Below, piece by piece: positions 28,465 to 37,985 of a stretch of 64,000 nt of DNA; the stretch's first letter is position 1; each line of letters starts with the position of its first letter. A model generated the notes under the pieces. It was not told where the DNA came from, did not search any database, and was given only the letters and a program-made list of their open reading frames with translations. The DNA is from Syntrophales bacterium (GTDB lineage Bacteria > Desulfobacterota > Syntrophia > Syntrophales > PHBD01), in assembly GCA_963668175.1 (NCBI GenBank), contig OY764159.1, positions 512,001 to 576,000 of the forward strand. The letters run 5' to 3'. A program made the position numbers and the translations under genes.

Positions 28465-29406
28465 ATGCAAAACAGGTCTGTCAAGCCAATCCTAATGCTC
28501 TTTATCTGCCTGGTTGTACTCTCGTTCATTCCGTGTGTCATTGATCCGGAATCGTACAAGTATCTTTACAACATTTTCTTCATCGTGAATATCACGATAC
28601 TCCTGGCTACTTCGTGGAACATACTGGGTGGATTCGCGGGTCAGATATCCTTCGGTCATGCTGGCTTTGTCGGAATCGGCGCCTACACGGTATCGCTTCT
28701 GCATTTCCACCTGGAGTGGTCTCCATGGCTGGCGTTGCCTTTCTCGGGCGCCGTCACACTCGTTGCCGGGGTTATTATAGGTTCCATAGCCCTCAGACTG
28801 AGGGGTCCCTATTTTGCGCTTTCGACACTCGCCTTGGCTGAGGTGACCAAGCTCATCATTGAGGGATGGAGGTCTTTCACCCAGGGCACCCAGGGTATCG
28901 TCGTGAACCCAAGTCCGCTTTGGGTGTTCCCCAGCGGCGGAGGGCTCTATTTCGTCATCTCCCTTTGGCTTGCGGGCTTCGGCGTATTATGCGCTCTCCT
29001 TATAAAACTCTCCAAGACACATTATTTCTTTCTTGCCGTGGGAGAAAATGAGGACGCCGCTCTTGCCTTGGGAATCAATTCCAAGAAATACAAAATGATT
29101 GCCCTGTATATAAGCTCCTTTCTGGCCGGAATCACGGGCGGCATCCTGTCCATCCATACCGGTTTTGTCGATCCTTCGAGCGTATTTGACATGGTCCATA
29201 CCGTGGAGCCCATCTTTCTGACTATGGTCGGCGGTATCGGCACGGTATTCGGACCCGTCATCGGTACGGTCCTGCTTGTTCCGTTAGGCGAGGTTTTCAG
29301 GGCACATTTCCCAACAGCGCACCTTTTGCTTTACGGCATCGTTCTCGTCGTTTTTGCGAGATTTATCCCTAAAGGCATTATGGGCTTATTCAGGAAAAAG
29401 CTATGA
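28465..29406 (+). CDS. livM: Liv-type ABC permease
   Basis: GFAGQISFGHAGF, LRGPYFALSTL, VGGIGT. Confidence 0.88.
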   Translation: MQNRSVKPILMLFICLVVLSFIPCVIDPESYKYLYNIFFIVNITILLATSWNILGGFAGQISFGHAGFVGIGAYTVSLLHFHLEWSPWLALPFSGAVTLVAGVIIGSIALRLRGPYFALSTLALAEVTKLIIEGWRSFTQGTQGIVVNPSPLWVFPSGGGLYFVISLWLAGFGVLCALLIKLSKTHYFFLAVGENEDAALALGINSKKYKMIALYISSFLAGITGGILSIHTGFVDPSSVFDMVHTVEPIFLTMVGGIGTVFGPVIGTVLLVPLGEVFRAHFPTAHLLLYGIVLVVFARFIPKGIMGLFRKKL

Positions 29407-30119
29407 ATATACTGGAGATCAAAGATCTGACAAAGGCTTTCGGCGGCGTAGTCGCGGTTTCCGACCTCAATCTTTCGATTCGCGAAGGCATCATTTTCGG
29501 CGTTGTCGGTCCCAACGGCGCCGGCAAGACGACGCTTATCAATGTCATCACCGGTGTCGAGAAGATGACCAAGGGAACTATTCTGTTTAAGAACAAGGAT
29601 ATCGGGAACTATCCCACCTTCAAGCGTTCACTGGAGGGCATCACGCGCACGTTCCAGATTCCCCAATGCTTTACGGGTTTCACCGTTTTTGAGAATATTA
29701 TGATCCCTCTTCTTCTGAGAATGCCGCAACAAGAAGCGCAGAAGGAAACGGAAAGAATAGCGGAACGCATGTTCCTCAAAGAAGATCTTCATAAGCAGGC
29801 ACAGATGCTGTCAGTGGGGCGCCTGAAACTTCTCGAGTTGGCCAAGGCATACGCCACCGCGCCCAAGTTGCTGCTGGTTGACGAACCCATGGGCGGTGTG
29901 AGCCTCGACATGATGGATTCCCTGATCGATCTTATCAAGAGCCTCAGGGATGAAGGGATTACGATCCTGCTCGTGGAACATGTCATGAAGGTCGTCGTTG
30001 CGCTTGCCGATGAACTTGTCGTTTTGAACTTCGGGAAGGAGATCGCTCTTGGGGCCCCTAAAGATGTTATGACCCGGAAAGAGGTCATCGAAGCTTATTT
30101 GGGAGACGAATATGCTTGA
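29403..30119 (+). CDS. livG: Liv-type ABC ATPase
   Basis: FGGVVAV, GPNGAGKTT, LLVDEP, VEH. Confidence 0.88.
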   Translation: MNILEIKDLTKAFGGVVAVSDLNLSIREGIIFGVVGPNGAGKTTLINVITGVEKMTKGTILFKNKDIGNYPTFKRSLEGITRTFQIPQCFTGFTVFENIMIPLLLRMPQQEAQKETERIAERMFLKEDLHKQAQMLSVGRLKLLELAKAYATAPKLLLVDEPMGGVSLDMMDSLIDLIKSLRDEGITILLVEHVMKVVVALADELVVLNFGKEIALGAPKDVMTRKEVIEAYLGDEYA

Positions 30120-30816
30120 AATAAAGGAAATCGACTCGGGACATGGGAAGATCAAGGTCTTGAAAAGCATTTCGCTGAGCATAGAAAAAGGCGAAATGGT
30201 CGCACTTGTCGGTCCCAACGGCGCCGGTAAAACAACGCTTTTGAAAACGATAGCGGGAATGATTACTCCGTCGAAGGGAGATATTCTGCTGGAAAACAGT
30301 TCCATTTCCGGTGTTCCGCCGCACAAGACTTCAGCAAAAGGCATTGCCTACGTGCCGGAAGGACGGAAGGTTTTTTCCGCCATGAGCGTGGAGGAAAACC
30401 TTCTTATGGGCGCTTATTTGAAAGCCAACCGCCCTCACAAAGCGGATAATCTTCAAATGGTCTATGACCTCTTCCCTCGTTTAAAAGAACGCAGAAAACA
30501 GATCGCCGGGACCTTGTCGGGCGGCGAACAACAGATGCTGGCCATTGGACGCGGTTTGATGATGAGACCTAAACTCATTCTCCTCGACGAACCTTCCCTC
30601 GGGCTCGCGCCGCTTCTGATCAGTTCCATTTACAAGGTTCTCGAAAGGCTGAATCATGAGGGCATGACCACCTTGCTTGTCGAGCAAAATGTCAAGAAAG
30701 CCCTGACCCTCTGCAAACGGGCGTATGTAATAGAGAATGGCGAAATCGTGATGAAGGGCCTCAGCGAAACCATCTTATGCGACGACAATATCAAATGTAC
30801 GTACCTCGGCATTTGA
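30112..30816 (+). CDS. livF: Liv-type ABC ATPase
   Basis: GPNGAGKTT, LSGGEQQM, LDEPSLGLAP. Confidence 0.9.
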   Translation: MLEIKEIDSGHGKIKVLKSISLSIEKGEMVALVGPNGAGKTTLLKTIAGMITPSKGDILLENSSISGVPPHKTSAKGIAYVPEGRKVFSAMSVEENLLMGAYLKANRPHKADNLQMVYDLFPRLKERRKQIAGTLSGGEQQMLAIGRGLMMRPKLILLDEPSLGLAPLLISSIYKVLERLNHEGMTTLLVEQNVKKALTLCKRAYVIENGEIVMKGLSETILCDDNIKCTYLGI

Positions 30817-30861
30817 CGGTCCATGAGGTCTCTCCACCAAGAGCATTAGAAGGAGGTCGGA

Positions 30862-32034
30862 ATGAATATCTATGATCCTGAGAAGAGTTGTACCTTTCTT
30901 GCTCCGAATAAACATCTCTTGGGCAAGGGTGTGGCCCGCCAGCTTGGGAACGAGATTAAGACCCTGGGCGGCAGCAAAGTGTTTGTTGTCACTGACCCCG
31001 GCGTCGTGAAAGCGGGCCTCGTCCCCGCCATTACCGAGCCTTTGAAATCGGAGGGCATCAAGGTCGGTGTTTACGACAAGGTGCAGCCGGAACCCTCCTC
31101 GGGAATCGTGGGCGAGGCAGCAAGAATGGCACAACAAGGCCGTTACGACTTTGTCATCGGCATCGGCGGGGGCAGTTCCCTCGATGTTGCGAAAGGCGTT
31201 GCCATGATGGTGACGAATAAAGGGACCATTCTGGACTATGTGGGCCTTAATATGTTCCCCAAGAGGGGGATTCCCAAAATTCTCATACCGACAACAGCAG
31301 GAACCGGAAGCGAGGCCTCCTGGGTTTGCGTGGTAACCGACGAGAAGAAGAACGAAAAGAAATCACTTTACGGATTCATGCTGCTTCCGGACGTGGCCAT
31401 CCTCGATCCCGAACTGACCGTAACCATGCCGCCATCCGTCACGGCCGATACCGGTTTCGATGCCCTGGTCCACGCCGTTGAGTCATACGTCTCCGTCAAC
31501 AGGACGCCTTATACGGAAATCATGGCGGCTGAAGCGATACAGCTTATATCTAAATATCTGCCTGTTGCCTATGCAAAAGGTAAAGATATCAAGGCCCGGT
31601 ACAATATGCTGCTTGCCGCCAATCTTGCGGGAATGGCGTTTACCAGCGGCGGCCTTGGCGCAACCCATGGACTGGCCTACCCTCTCGGAACGCAGTTCCA
31701 TATGTCCCATGGTCGGTCGAATGCCATCATGCTTCCTCATGTCATGCGTTTCAACCTGACCGGCAGTCTCGAGCGTTACGGTATCGTCGCCCGGATGATG
31801 GGGGAACACGTCGACGGTCTCTCCCCTTACGATGCCGCCGTGAAGGCCGTGGATGCCGTCTTGAAATTGCTCAGCGCCGTCAGGATTTCGTGCCGGCTCT
31901 CCGACTATGGCGTGCAGAAGAAGAAAATACCCCTTCTCACGAAAGAGGCTCTCCAGCAGTCGCGCTTTTTTGTGCCGAACCCGAAAGACATTACGGAGAA
32001 AGATATCCAGGCGGTTTACGAAGACGCTTATTAG
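30862..32034 (+). CDS. Iron-containing alcohol dehydrogenase (possibly 4-hydroxybutyrate dehydrogenase)
   Basis: GGGSSLD, PTTAGTGSE, DALVH, HG metal ligands; substrate inferred from context. Confidence 0.88.
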   Translation: MNIYDPEKSCTFLAPNKHLLGKGVARQLGNEIKTLGGSKVFVVTDPGVVKAGLVPAITEPLKSEGIKVGVYDKVQPEPSSGIVGEAARMAQQGRYDFVIGIGGGSSLDVAKGVAMMVTNKGTILDYVGLNMFPKRGIPKILIPTTAGTGSEASWVCVVTDEKKNEKKSLYGFMLLPDVAILDPELTVTMPPSVTADTGFDALVHAVESYVSVNRTPYTEIMAAEAIQLISKYLPVAYAKGKDIKARYNMLLAANLAGMAFTSGGLGATHGLAYPLGTQFHMSHGRSNAIMLPHVMRFNLTGSLERYGIVARMMGEHVDGLSPYDAAVKAVDAVLKLLSAVRISCRLSDYGVQKKKIPLLTKEALQQSRFFVPNPKDITEKDIQAVYEDAY

Positions 32035-32342
32035 GGTTCTTTCCTATTGCGCCTATGTTGCGTGCGCGGGCATTCCCGGGGATTTGGATCAATATCTTGC
32101 GTGACACAGGTCAAACCGGTTCTGCTTACCGCTCTGTCCCCGACCTCACTTGCCCGGGGGTTCGTCTCCGTGCTTCCTGAATGATGGCAAGACTTCGTCA
32201 TCAAAGGCTACACCGTCGAGGAAGTGATTGTGGAAGTAAAAATGAATTTTTCTAAGGTTAGAACATATCCATCAGCATCAGGAATGGCGCTGCTATCAGG
32301 CACCGCCCCGCCTCCAACCAGCATGTGAATGAGGTATAGATT

Positions 32343-33794
32343 ATGCCGTTGAAAACACCCGAAGCGTATGAAGAAAGTCTGCGTAAGATGAATCTGAAGG
32401 TCTATCTGTTGGGTGAAGAGATCAAGAATGTCGTCGATCACCCCATCATCAGGCCGTCCATGAATTCCGTGAAAATGACCTATGCGCTCGCGCAGGACCC
32501 GGAGTACGCCGAGCTGATGACGGCCACGTCCTCCTTGACGGGAAAGAAGATCAACCGTTTCTGCCACCTGCACCAGAGCCCCGAGGACCTGATCAAGAAA
32601 GTCAAGATGCAGCGACTCTTGGGCCAAAAGACGGCCGCATGCTTCCAACGCTGTGTCGGCATGGACGCCATCAACGCCATGGACTCGACCACCTTCGAAA
32701 TGGACCAGAAACTGGGAACCGAGTACCACAAGCGCTTCCGGAACTTCCTGCTGAAGATGCAAGAGGAGGACTGGACGGTCGACGGCGCCATGACGGACGT
32801 CAAGGGTGACCGGGGACTTAATCCCGGCAAGCAGGCCGACCCGGACCTGTTCTGCCGCGTCGTCGAAAAGCGCACGGATGGCATCATCGTCCGGGGGTGC
32901 AAGGCCCACCAGACGGGGGCCGTTAATTCCCATTGGATTCTCGTCATGCCCACCCTGACGATGACAAAGGAGGATGCCGATTTTGCCCTGTCGTTTGTGG
33001 CACCGGCCGACGCCGAGGGCATCTTCTATATTTACGGCCGCCAATCCTGCGATACGCGCAAGCTCGAGGGCGGTCAGTTCGACGTGGGCAACAAGGAATT
33101 CGGCGGACACGAAGCCATGATGATATTCGACGACTTGTTTGTTCCGTGGGAGAACGTCCTGATGTGCGGCGAGTATGAATTCAGCGGCACCCTGGTGGAG
33201 CGCTTCGCCGGCTACCACCGTCAGAGTTACGGCGGCTGCAAGGTCGGTGTGGGCGACGTCCTGATCGGCGCGGCGGCTCTCGCGGCGGATTACAACGGCG
33301 CCAACAAGGCTTCCCATGTGAATGATAAACTGATCGAGATGATGCATCTGAATGAAACGCTCTATTCCTGCGGGATCGCCTGCTCGGCGGAAGGCCACAG
33401 AACCGCGTCGGGGAACTTCCTCATTGACCTGCTGCTGGCGAATGTCTGCAAGCAGAACGTCACCCGATTCCCTTACGAAATAGTCCGTCTGGCCGAGGAC
33501 ATTGCCGGCGGGCTTATGGTAACCATGCCTTCCGAGAAAGACCTCCGGCATCCGGTCGCGGGCAAATATGTGGAGAAATTTCTCCGCGGCGTTCCTTCGG
33601 TTCCCACGGAGTATCGCATGCGGATCCTGCGACTTATCGAGAACATCACGCTCGGAACGGCGGCCGTCGGTTACCGTACGGAGTCGATGCACGGCGCCGG
33701 ATCGCCCCAAGCACAGCGCATCATGATCTCGCGCCAGGGCAACCTGGAGCAGAAGAAGGCGCTCGCGAAAAGGATCGCCGGCATCCCCAAATGA
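32343..33794 (+). CDS. abfD: 4-hydroxybutyryl-CoA dehydratase / vinylacetyl-CoA isomerase
   Basis: CFQRCVGMD, AMTDVKGDR, YHRQSYGGCK, ESMHGAGSPQAQR. Confidence 0.93.
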   Translation: MPLKTPEAYEESLRKMNLKVYLLGEEIKNVVDHPIIRPSMNSVKMTYALAQDPEYAELMTATSSLTGKKINRFCHLHQSPEDLIKKVKMQRLLGQKTAACFQRCVGMDAINAMDSTTFEMDQKLGTEYHKRFRNFLLKMQEEDWTVDGAMTDVKGDRGLNPGKQADPDLFCRVVEKRTDGIIVRGCKAHQTGAVNSHWILVMPTLTMTKEDADFALSFVAPADAEGIFYIYGRQSCDTRKLEGGQFDVGNKEFGGHEAMMIFDDLFVPWENVLMCGEYEFSGTLVERFAGYHRQSYGGCKVGVGDVLIGAAALAADYNGANKASHVNDKLIEMMHLNETLYSCGIACSAEGHRTASGNFLIDLLLANVCKQNVTRFPYEIVRLAEDIAGGLMVTMPSEKDLRHPVAGKYVEKFLRGVPSVPTEYRMRILRLIENITLGTAAVGYRTESMHGAGSPQAQRIMISRQGNLEQKKALAKRIAGIPK

Positions 33795-33906
33795 GCACCA
33801 GGCCGGTTAAGCAATAGCGGCCGATCCCGGCGGGACGTCCGGGACGCAGGAACATAAGGATCCGGTCGCTGATATGCAAGCAGCATCTTTCGGAGAGCAA
33901 AAGGGC

Positions 33907-34209
33907 ATGGAGGCCAAAGACCGGGAAATCGAAATACTGGCGGTCCTGGACAGGCAGGTCAGGCCGATACTCGCCGCGCATCAGGGAGGCATTGAACTCA
34001 CCAAGATCGAAGCAGGGGTCGTTCATCTGCGGATCCTCGGAGCCTGTGCTGCCTGTATCGGAGCCGAACAGACCATCAGAGACGTTATCGTGGCCGGCAT
34101 CCGCGAATCTTGTCCCTGGATCACCGATGTGTGCGTCGCGGCGGGTGTCAGCGATGATTTCGCCAGGGAAGCCATCAATTTCCTTAAGAAACGACGGGAT
34201 AGCCGATGA
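33907..34209 (+). CDS. NifU C-terminal domain protein
   Basis: VRPILAAHQGGIEL, GACAAC; start uncertain. Confidence 0.85.
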   Translation: MEAKDREIEILAVLDRQVRPILAAHQGGIELTKIEAGVVHLRILGACAACIGAEQTIRDVIVAGIRESCPWITDVCVAAGVSDDFAREAINFLKKRRDSR

Positions 34210-34550
34210 AATTATCCATCCAGTTCTGCGGAGGCTGCAATCCCAGGATAGACAGAGGCAATATAGCCCGTGAATTGCAGAAGGCTGGTACCGACATAGG
34301 GTTGGATGTCGTCCTCAACAGTCCTGATGCCGATATCACGGTCTTCTTGAGCGGTTGTTTGTCGGGATGCGCTCTCAAGTACAATCCTCACGATCCTCCT
34401 TATGTAGAAGTCGCAGCAGCTACTGTGGACGGCATTGACGTGCCTGAGGAGAGGATCGTTGCAGAAGTGATGATGAAAGTGAGGCAAATGCATGATCGAT
34501 TGGAAGCAGAAATATGTCAAAAAAATCGTGAGCGCCGAGACGGCGCTTAA
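34206..34550 (+). CDS. Small Cys-rich (CGGC-like) protein
   Basis: FCGGCNPRIDR and GCLSGCA. Confidence 0.75.
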   Translation: MKLSIQFCGGCNPRIDRGNIARELQKAGTDIGLDVVLNSPDADITVFLSGCLSGCALKYNPHDPPYVEVAAATVDGIDVPEERIVAEVMMKVRQMHDRLEAEICQKNRERRDGA

Positions 34551-35787
34551 GCACGTGAAGAGCGGCGATCGTGTCGTTATCGGTCATGCCTGCGGCGAAC
34601 CGCCCACGCTGGTCGAAGCCTTGGTGGCCCGTGCACCGGAGATCAAAGGAGTGGAAGTGGTCCACATGGTGGCCATGGGACCGGCGAAGTATGCCCAACC
34701 GGGAATGGAGGGAAGTTTCCGTCATAATTCTCTCTTTGTCGGGGCGACAAGCCGTAAGGCCGTCGCCGAAGGCCGTGCTCTCCATACTCCCTGTTTTTTT
34801 TCCGAAATTCCCCGGCTCTTCACCTGGCGAATCCTTCCTGTCGACGTAACGCTCATGCAAGTCACGCCTCCTGATGCCGACGGTTATTGCAGCCTTGGGG
34901 TTTCCGTGGACTATACGCTCGCCGCGGCTCGTTCGGACCGTGTGACCATCGTCCAAATGAACAGGTTCTTGCCCCGAACCCTCGGAGACAAAATACATTT
35001 GGACGAAATAGACTGTATCGTGGAGAAAGACGAGCCTCTGATTGAACTCAAACCCCCGGCCATCGGCGATGTTGAGAAGGCCATCGGAGAGAACGTGGCC
35101 AAGCTCATAGAGGACGGCTCGACACTGCAGATGGGTATCGGTGCAATCCCCGATGCGGTGCTGCTTTTCCTGAAAGAGAAAAAGGAGCTTGGCGTCCATA
35201 CCGAAATGTTTTCGGACGGGATCGTGGCCCTGGCAGAAGCAGGCGTGGTCACGAACAAAAAGAAGACGATCAACACCGGCAAGTTTGTCGCGACGTTTCT
35301 GATGGGCACACGTAAGCTATACGATTTCGTCGACAATAATCCCGATGTGATCATGCGCCCGGTTGATTATACCAATGACCCATTCATCATCGGACAGCAC
35401 GACCGGATGGTTTCCATTAATGCCGCTCTCCAGGTCGACCTGATGGGTCAGGTCAATGCCGAGATGATCGGCCGCAGCCAATTCAGCGGTGTCGGCGGAC
35501 AGGTTGATTTCGTCCGCGGGGCGAGCCGCTCCAAGGGCGGGAAATCCATTATCGCCTTGCCCGCCACGGCAGCTAAAGGCACCGTGTCAAGGATTACGTG
35601 TGAACTCGACAGGGGCTCCGCCGTGACCACCTCTCGCAATGATATCCACTTCATCGTGACCCAGTACGGTACAGCCGACCTCCGCGGACAAAGCATCCGC
35701 GAGCGGGCCCGTGCGCTCATCGCCATTGCGGACCCGGCGTTCCGGGATTCACTCTCTGTGCAAGCCAAAGAGGCAGGCATTCTTTAA
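34492..35787 (+). CDS. cat2: 4-hydroxybutyrate CoA-transferase (acetyl-CoA hydrolase/transferase family)
   Basis: LQMGIGAIP, HTEMFSDG, SGVGGQVDFVRGA; next to abfD. Confidence 0.85.
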   Translation: MIDWKQKYVKKIVSAETALKHVKSGDRVVIGHACGEPPTLVEALVARAPEIKGVEVVHMVAMGPAKYAQPGMEGSFRHNSLFVGATSRKAVAEGRALHTPCFFSEIPRLFTWRILPVDVTLMQVTPPDADGYCSLGVSVDYTLAAARSDRVTIVQMNRFLPRTLGDKIHLDEIDCIVEKDEPLIELKPPAIGDVEKAIGENVAKLIEDGSTLQMGIGAIPDAVLLFLKEKKELGVHTEMFSDGIVALAEAGVVTNKKKTINTGKFVATFLMGTRKLYDFVDNNPDVIMRPVDYTNDPFIIGQHDRMVSINAALQVDLMGQVNAEMIGRSQFSGVGGQVDFVRGASRSKGGKSIIALPATAAKGTVSRITCELDRGSAVTTSRNDIHFIVTQYGTADLRGQSIRERARALIAIADPAFRDSLSVQAKEAGIL

Positions 35788-36326
35788 CGGCTTCGTCAGG
35801 CTCAATTGCGTGGTCTTTGCGTCCGGATAAAAACGCAGCTATCGCTCGAGAGTGCGGCGCTTGTTAACCGGCTCCATGTTCAAGAAAGGAAAATCCATAC
35901 ACACCGTTTTCCGCGTTTACATCGGGAAGAGCTGACTTCTTCCTCCACATGCCTCTCTACTAGACGTCTTCGCGTCGATCCAAGGTCCCATAAATGTTTC
36001 CTGCACTTCATACCCGGAGATTCTGCTCCGACTCTGCGCGCCGCACGAAGAACAACCGAGGGCAAAAAAGGATAGGGTTCTTTTCCATCATCGCGGCAGA
36101 CGAATTCATCGCTACGATGGCCGGCCTTGAAAAAAGACGCGGGTTGGAAAACCGGGCCGGACGGCAAATCCGCACCGACGTCGCCCGCAAAGTAATCTGA
36201 CGGCTCCGCAAGCACACCGATCCGGTTTCAGCCGGATATTCGCTTCGGCAAAGAGGAAAGCTCCGCCATTCAACCTGTTCATCTCAGGCCATGCGGATTA
36301 TGCTGCTTTTTTCCGGATACGGAGGC

Positions 36327-36623
36327 TTACGAAAAGATGAACTTCTTGATACATCGGGTGACGGCAACTGATTTCAAGTATTTGATCCTTCTTCGATTAT
36401 ACTCCATGTGGCGTACGCGGCTCGGCTTATCGTCCTCTTGGCCCGGCCAGTAGATGATATTCCGTCCGCGCTCATCCTTCTGGCGGCATTCATTAAAAAG
36501 ACGTTGTTCATCCGCCGTTAAATGCCTTTGAACCGAATAGTCCACAACTTTCTCTCGTACGAGTAAAATCAATATGATGAGCAAGATAATCAATAAGGAT
36601 ATGTCGATCAAGGCATACGTCAT
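36327..36623 (-). CDS. Hypothetical small membrane-anchored protein
   Basis: N-terminal hydrophobic helix, 98 aa. Confidence 0.5.
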   Translation of the reverse strand: MTYALIDISLLIILLIILILLVREKVVDYSVQRHLTADEQRLFNECRQKDERGRNIIYWPGQEDDKPSRVRHMEYNRRRIKYLKSVAVTRCIKKFIFS

Positions 36624-37107
36624 GTTTATTCTGCGGCGACATCCCGATTTGTAATCGCAGGGTAGCGGCTAGACAATTCCTTATCCTCCCGAAAAGGCGA
36701 TGCCTTTTCGTAAGCCGCTCCCTGAATAATATTTGTCCGGTTTTGCCGTTCCCTATAGCATAAAAATCCCTGCATCGGTATTAAAATCGCCCCGCCAACC
36801 GTTGTTTCGTGCCCGCCGCTCATGCCGATGCAATCCGGCAATAAAGACGAGCCATATGGTCATAGGCGTAATTTTACCTTATAAATGAAAGCGTTTGACC
36901 TGTGGATGAAAATCAAGTACCGTATTGTCATATATTTCGGGATATACAGGCATTGTTTGGCAGCTTGACCGCGTGCACAAGCGAAGAGCATGGGACTTGC
37001 CTACCATGAACATATGGCCTGTCAGCGTGATGCGAATTTATATGTATTAATAACGGGTAAGATATGTTATCAATCTTATAACATTCGTTCAGGGAAGAGG
37101 TTTTCTG

Positions 37108-37968
37108 ATGGAACAAACGGGCGAAAGCGTCAGCAAGCTATTCCGAAAATTCCATATGTGCGAATCTTATGTCCGGCAGGGTAAAATCGCCGCCTGTATT
37201 ATCCTGTTCCTGGAGGTGATGGAGAAGATTCCGCAGGCACCGTTGCTCACCAAAGAAAGAAAGCTCCTCATGGACGGCATTTTTGATTTGCAGCGCAATC
37301 TTGCCGCCCATAAAAACTTTAAAGAAATATTCGGCCCGGTCACTTTTGACGACACCGATTTGAAAACGACCTATGAATTCCTTAAACAGCTCCAACTCGC
37401 CCATGAAGAAGAATTGCGGGAGAGAATGGTGAAAGAAACGGCATCCAACGAAGCGGAACGCCTGGACGTCGATACCCTGGAAGAATTGGATGACGAATCC
37501 ACCCGGGAGCGGGCCACACTGGCCATCGAACATATCGACAAAGGCGACATGAACAAGGCCATCGAGATCATCGACGGCATGGATGGGGTCATTTCCTATA
37601 TCATTCACCATTACAATACCCTGGGGATACAGTTTCGGGAATCTGCGTCATACCCCGAGGCCATCACCAATTACCAAAAGGCCCTGGCGGTATACGATCA
37701 GGATGAAGGTCTCTATTACAATATGGCCAGGAGCTATTATGAGTTGGGCGAATATGATAAATCGCGCGAATCTCTTGGCCGCGCCCTCGCGATCAATCCG
37801 CAATTCAACGATGCCAGGATATTGAACAATCATTTAAAGACATCCCCGCCGCCTAAAAAAGGGTCCGCAAAAAAAAGAAGGGGGTTGATAACGCTTGTTA
37901 AACAACTGCTCGCAAGAAAAAAATCCCATCCCGTGGATGAAATCAGCGATACCACACCGGATCAGTAA
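37108..37968 (+). CDS. TPR protein
   Basis: YNTLGI..EAITNYQKAL..YYNMAR..LAINPQF. Confidence 0.85.
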   Translation: MEQTGESVSKLFRKFHMCESYVRQGKIAACIILFLEVMEKIPQAPLLTKERKLLMDGIFDLQRNLAAHKNFKEIFGPVTFDDTDLKTTYEFLKQLQLAHEEELRERMVKETASNEAERLDVDTLEELDDESTRERATLAIEHIDKGDMNKAIEIIDGMDGVISYIIHHYNTLGIQFRESASYPEAITNYQKALAVYDQDEGLYYNMARSYYELGEYDKSRESLGRALAINPQFNDARILNNHLKTSPPPKKGSAKKRRGLITLVKQLLARKKSHPVDEISDTTPDQ

Positions 37969-37985
37969 CCTTTCCGGGGGCCTCC

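Noticed and set aside
32035..32342. Possible ncRNA or second sigma54 promoter before abfD
   Set aside because: No correctly spaced GG-N10-GC or recognisable RNA motif found by eye
32208..33710. 500-aa minus-strand ORF
   Set aside because: Antisense shadow of abfD with no motifs
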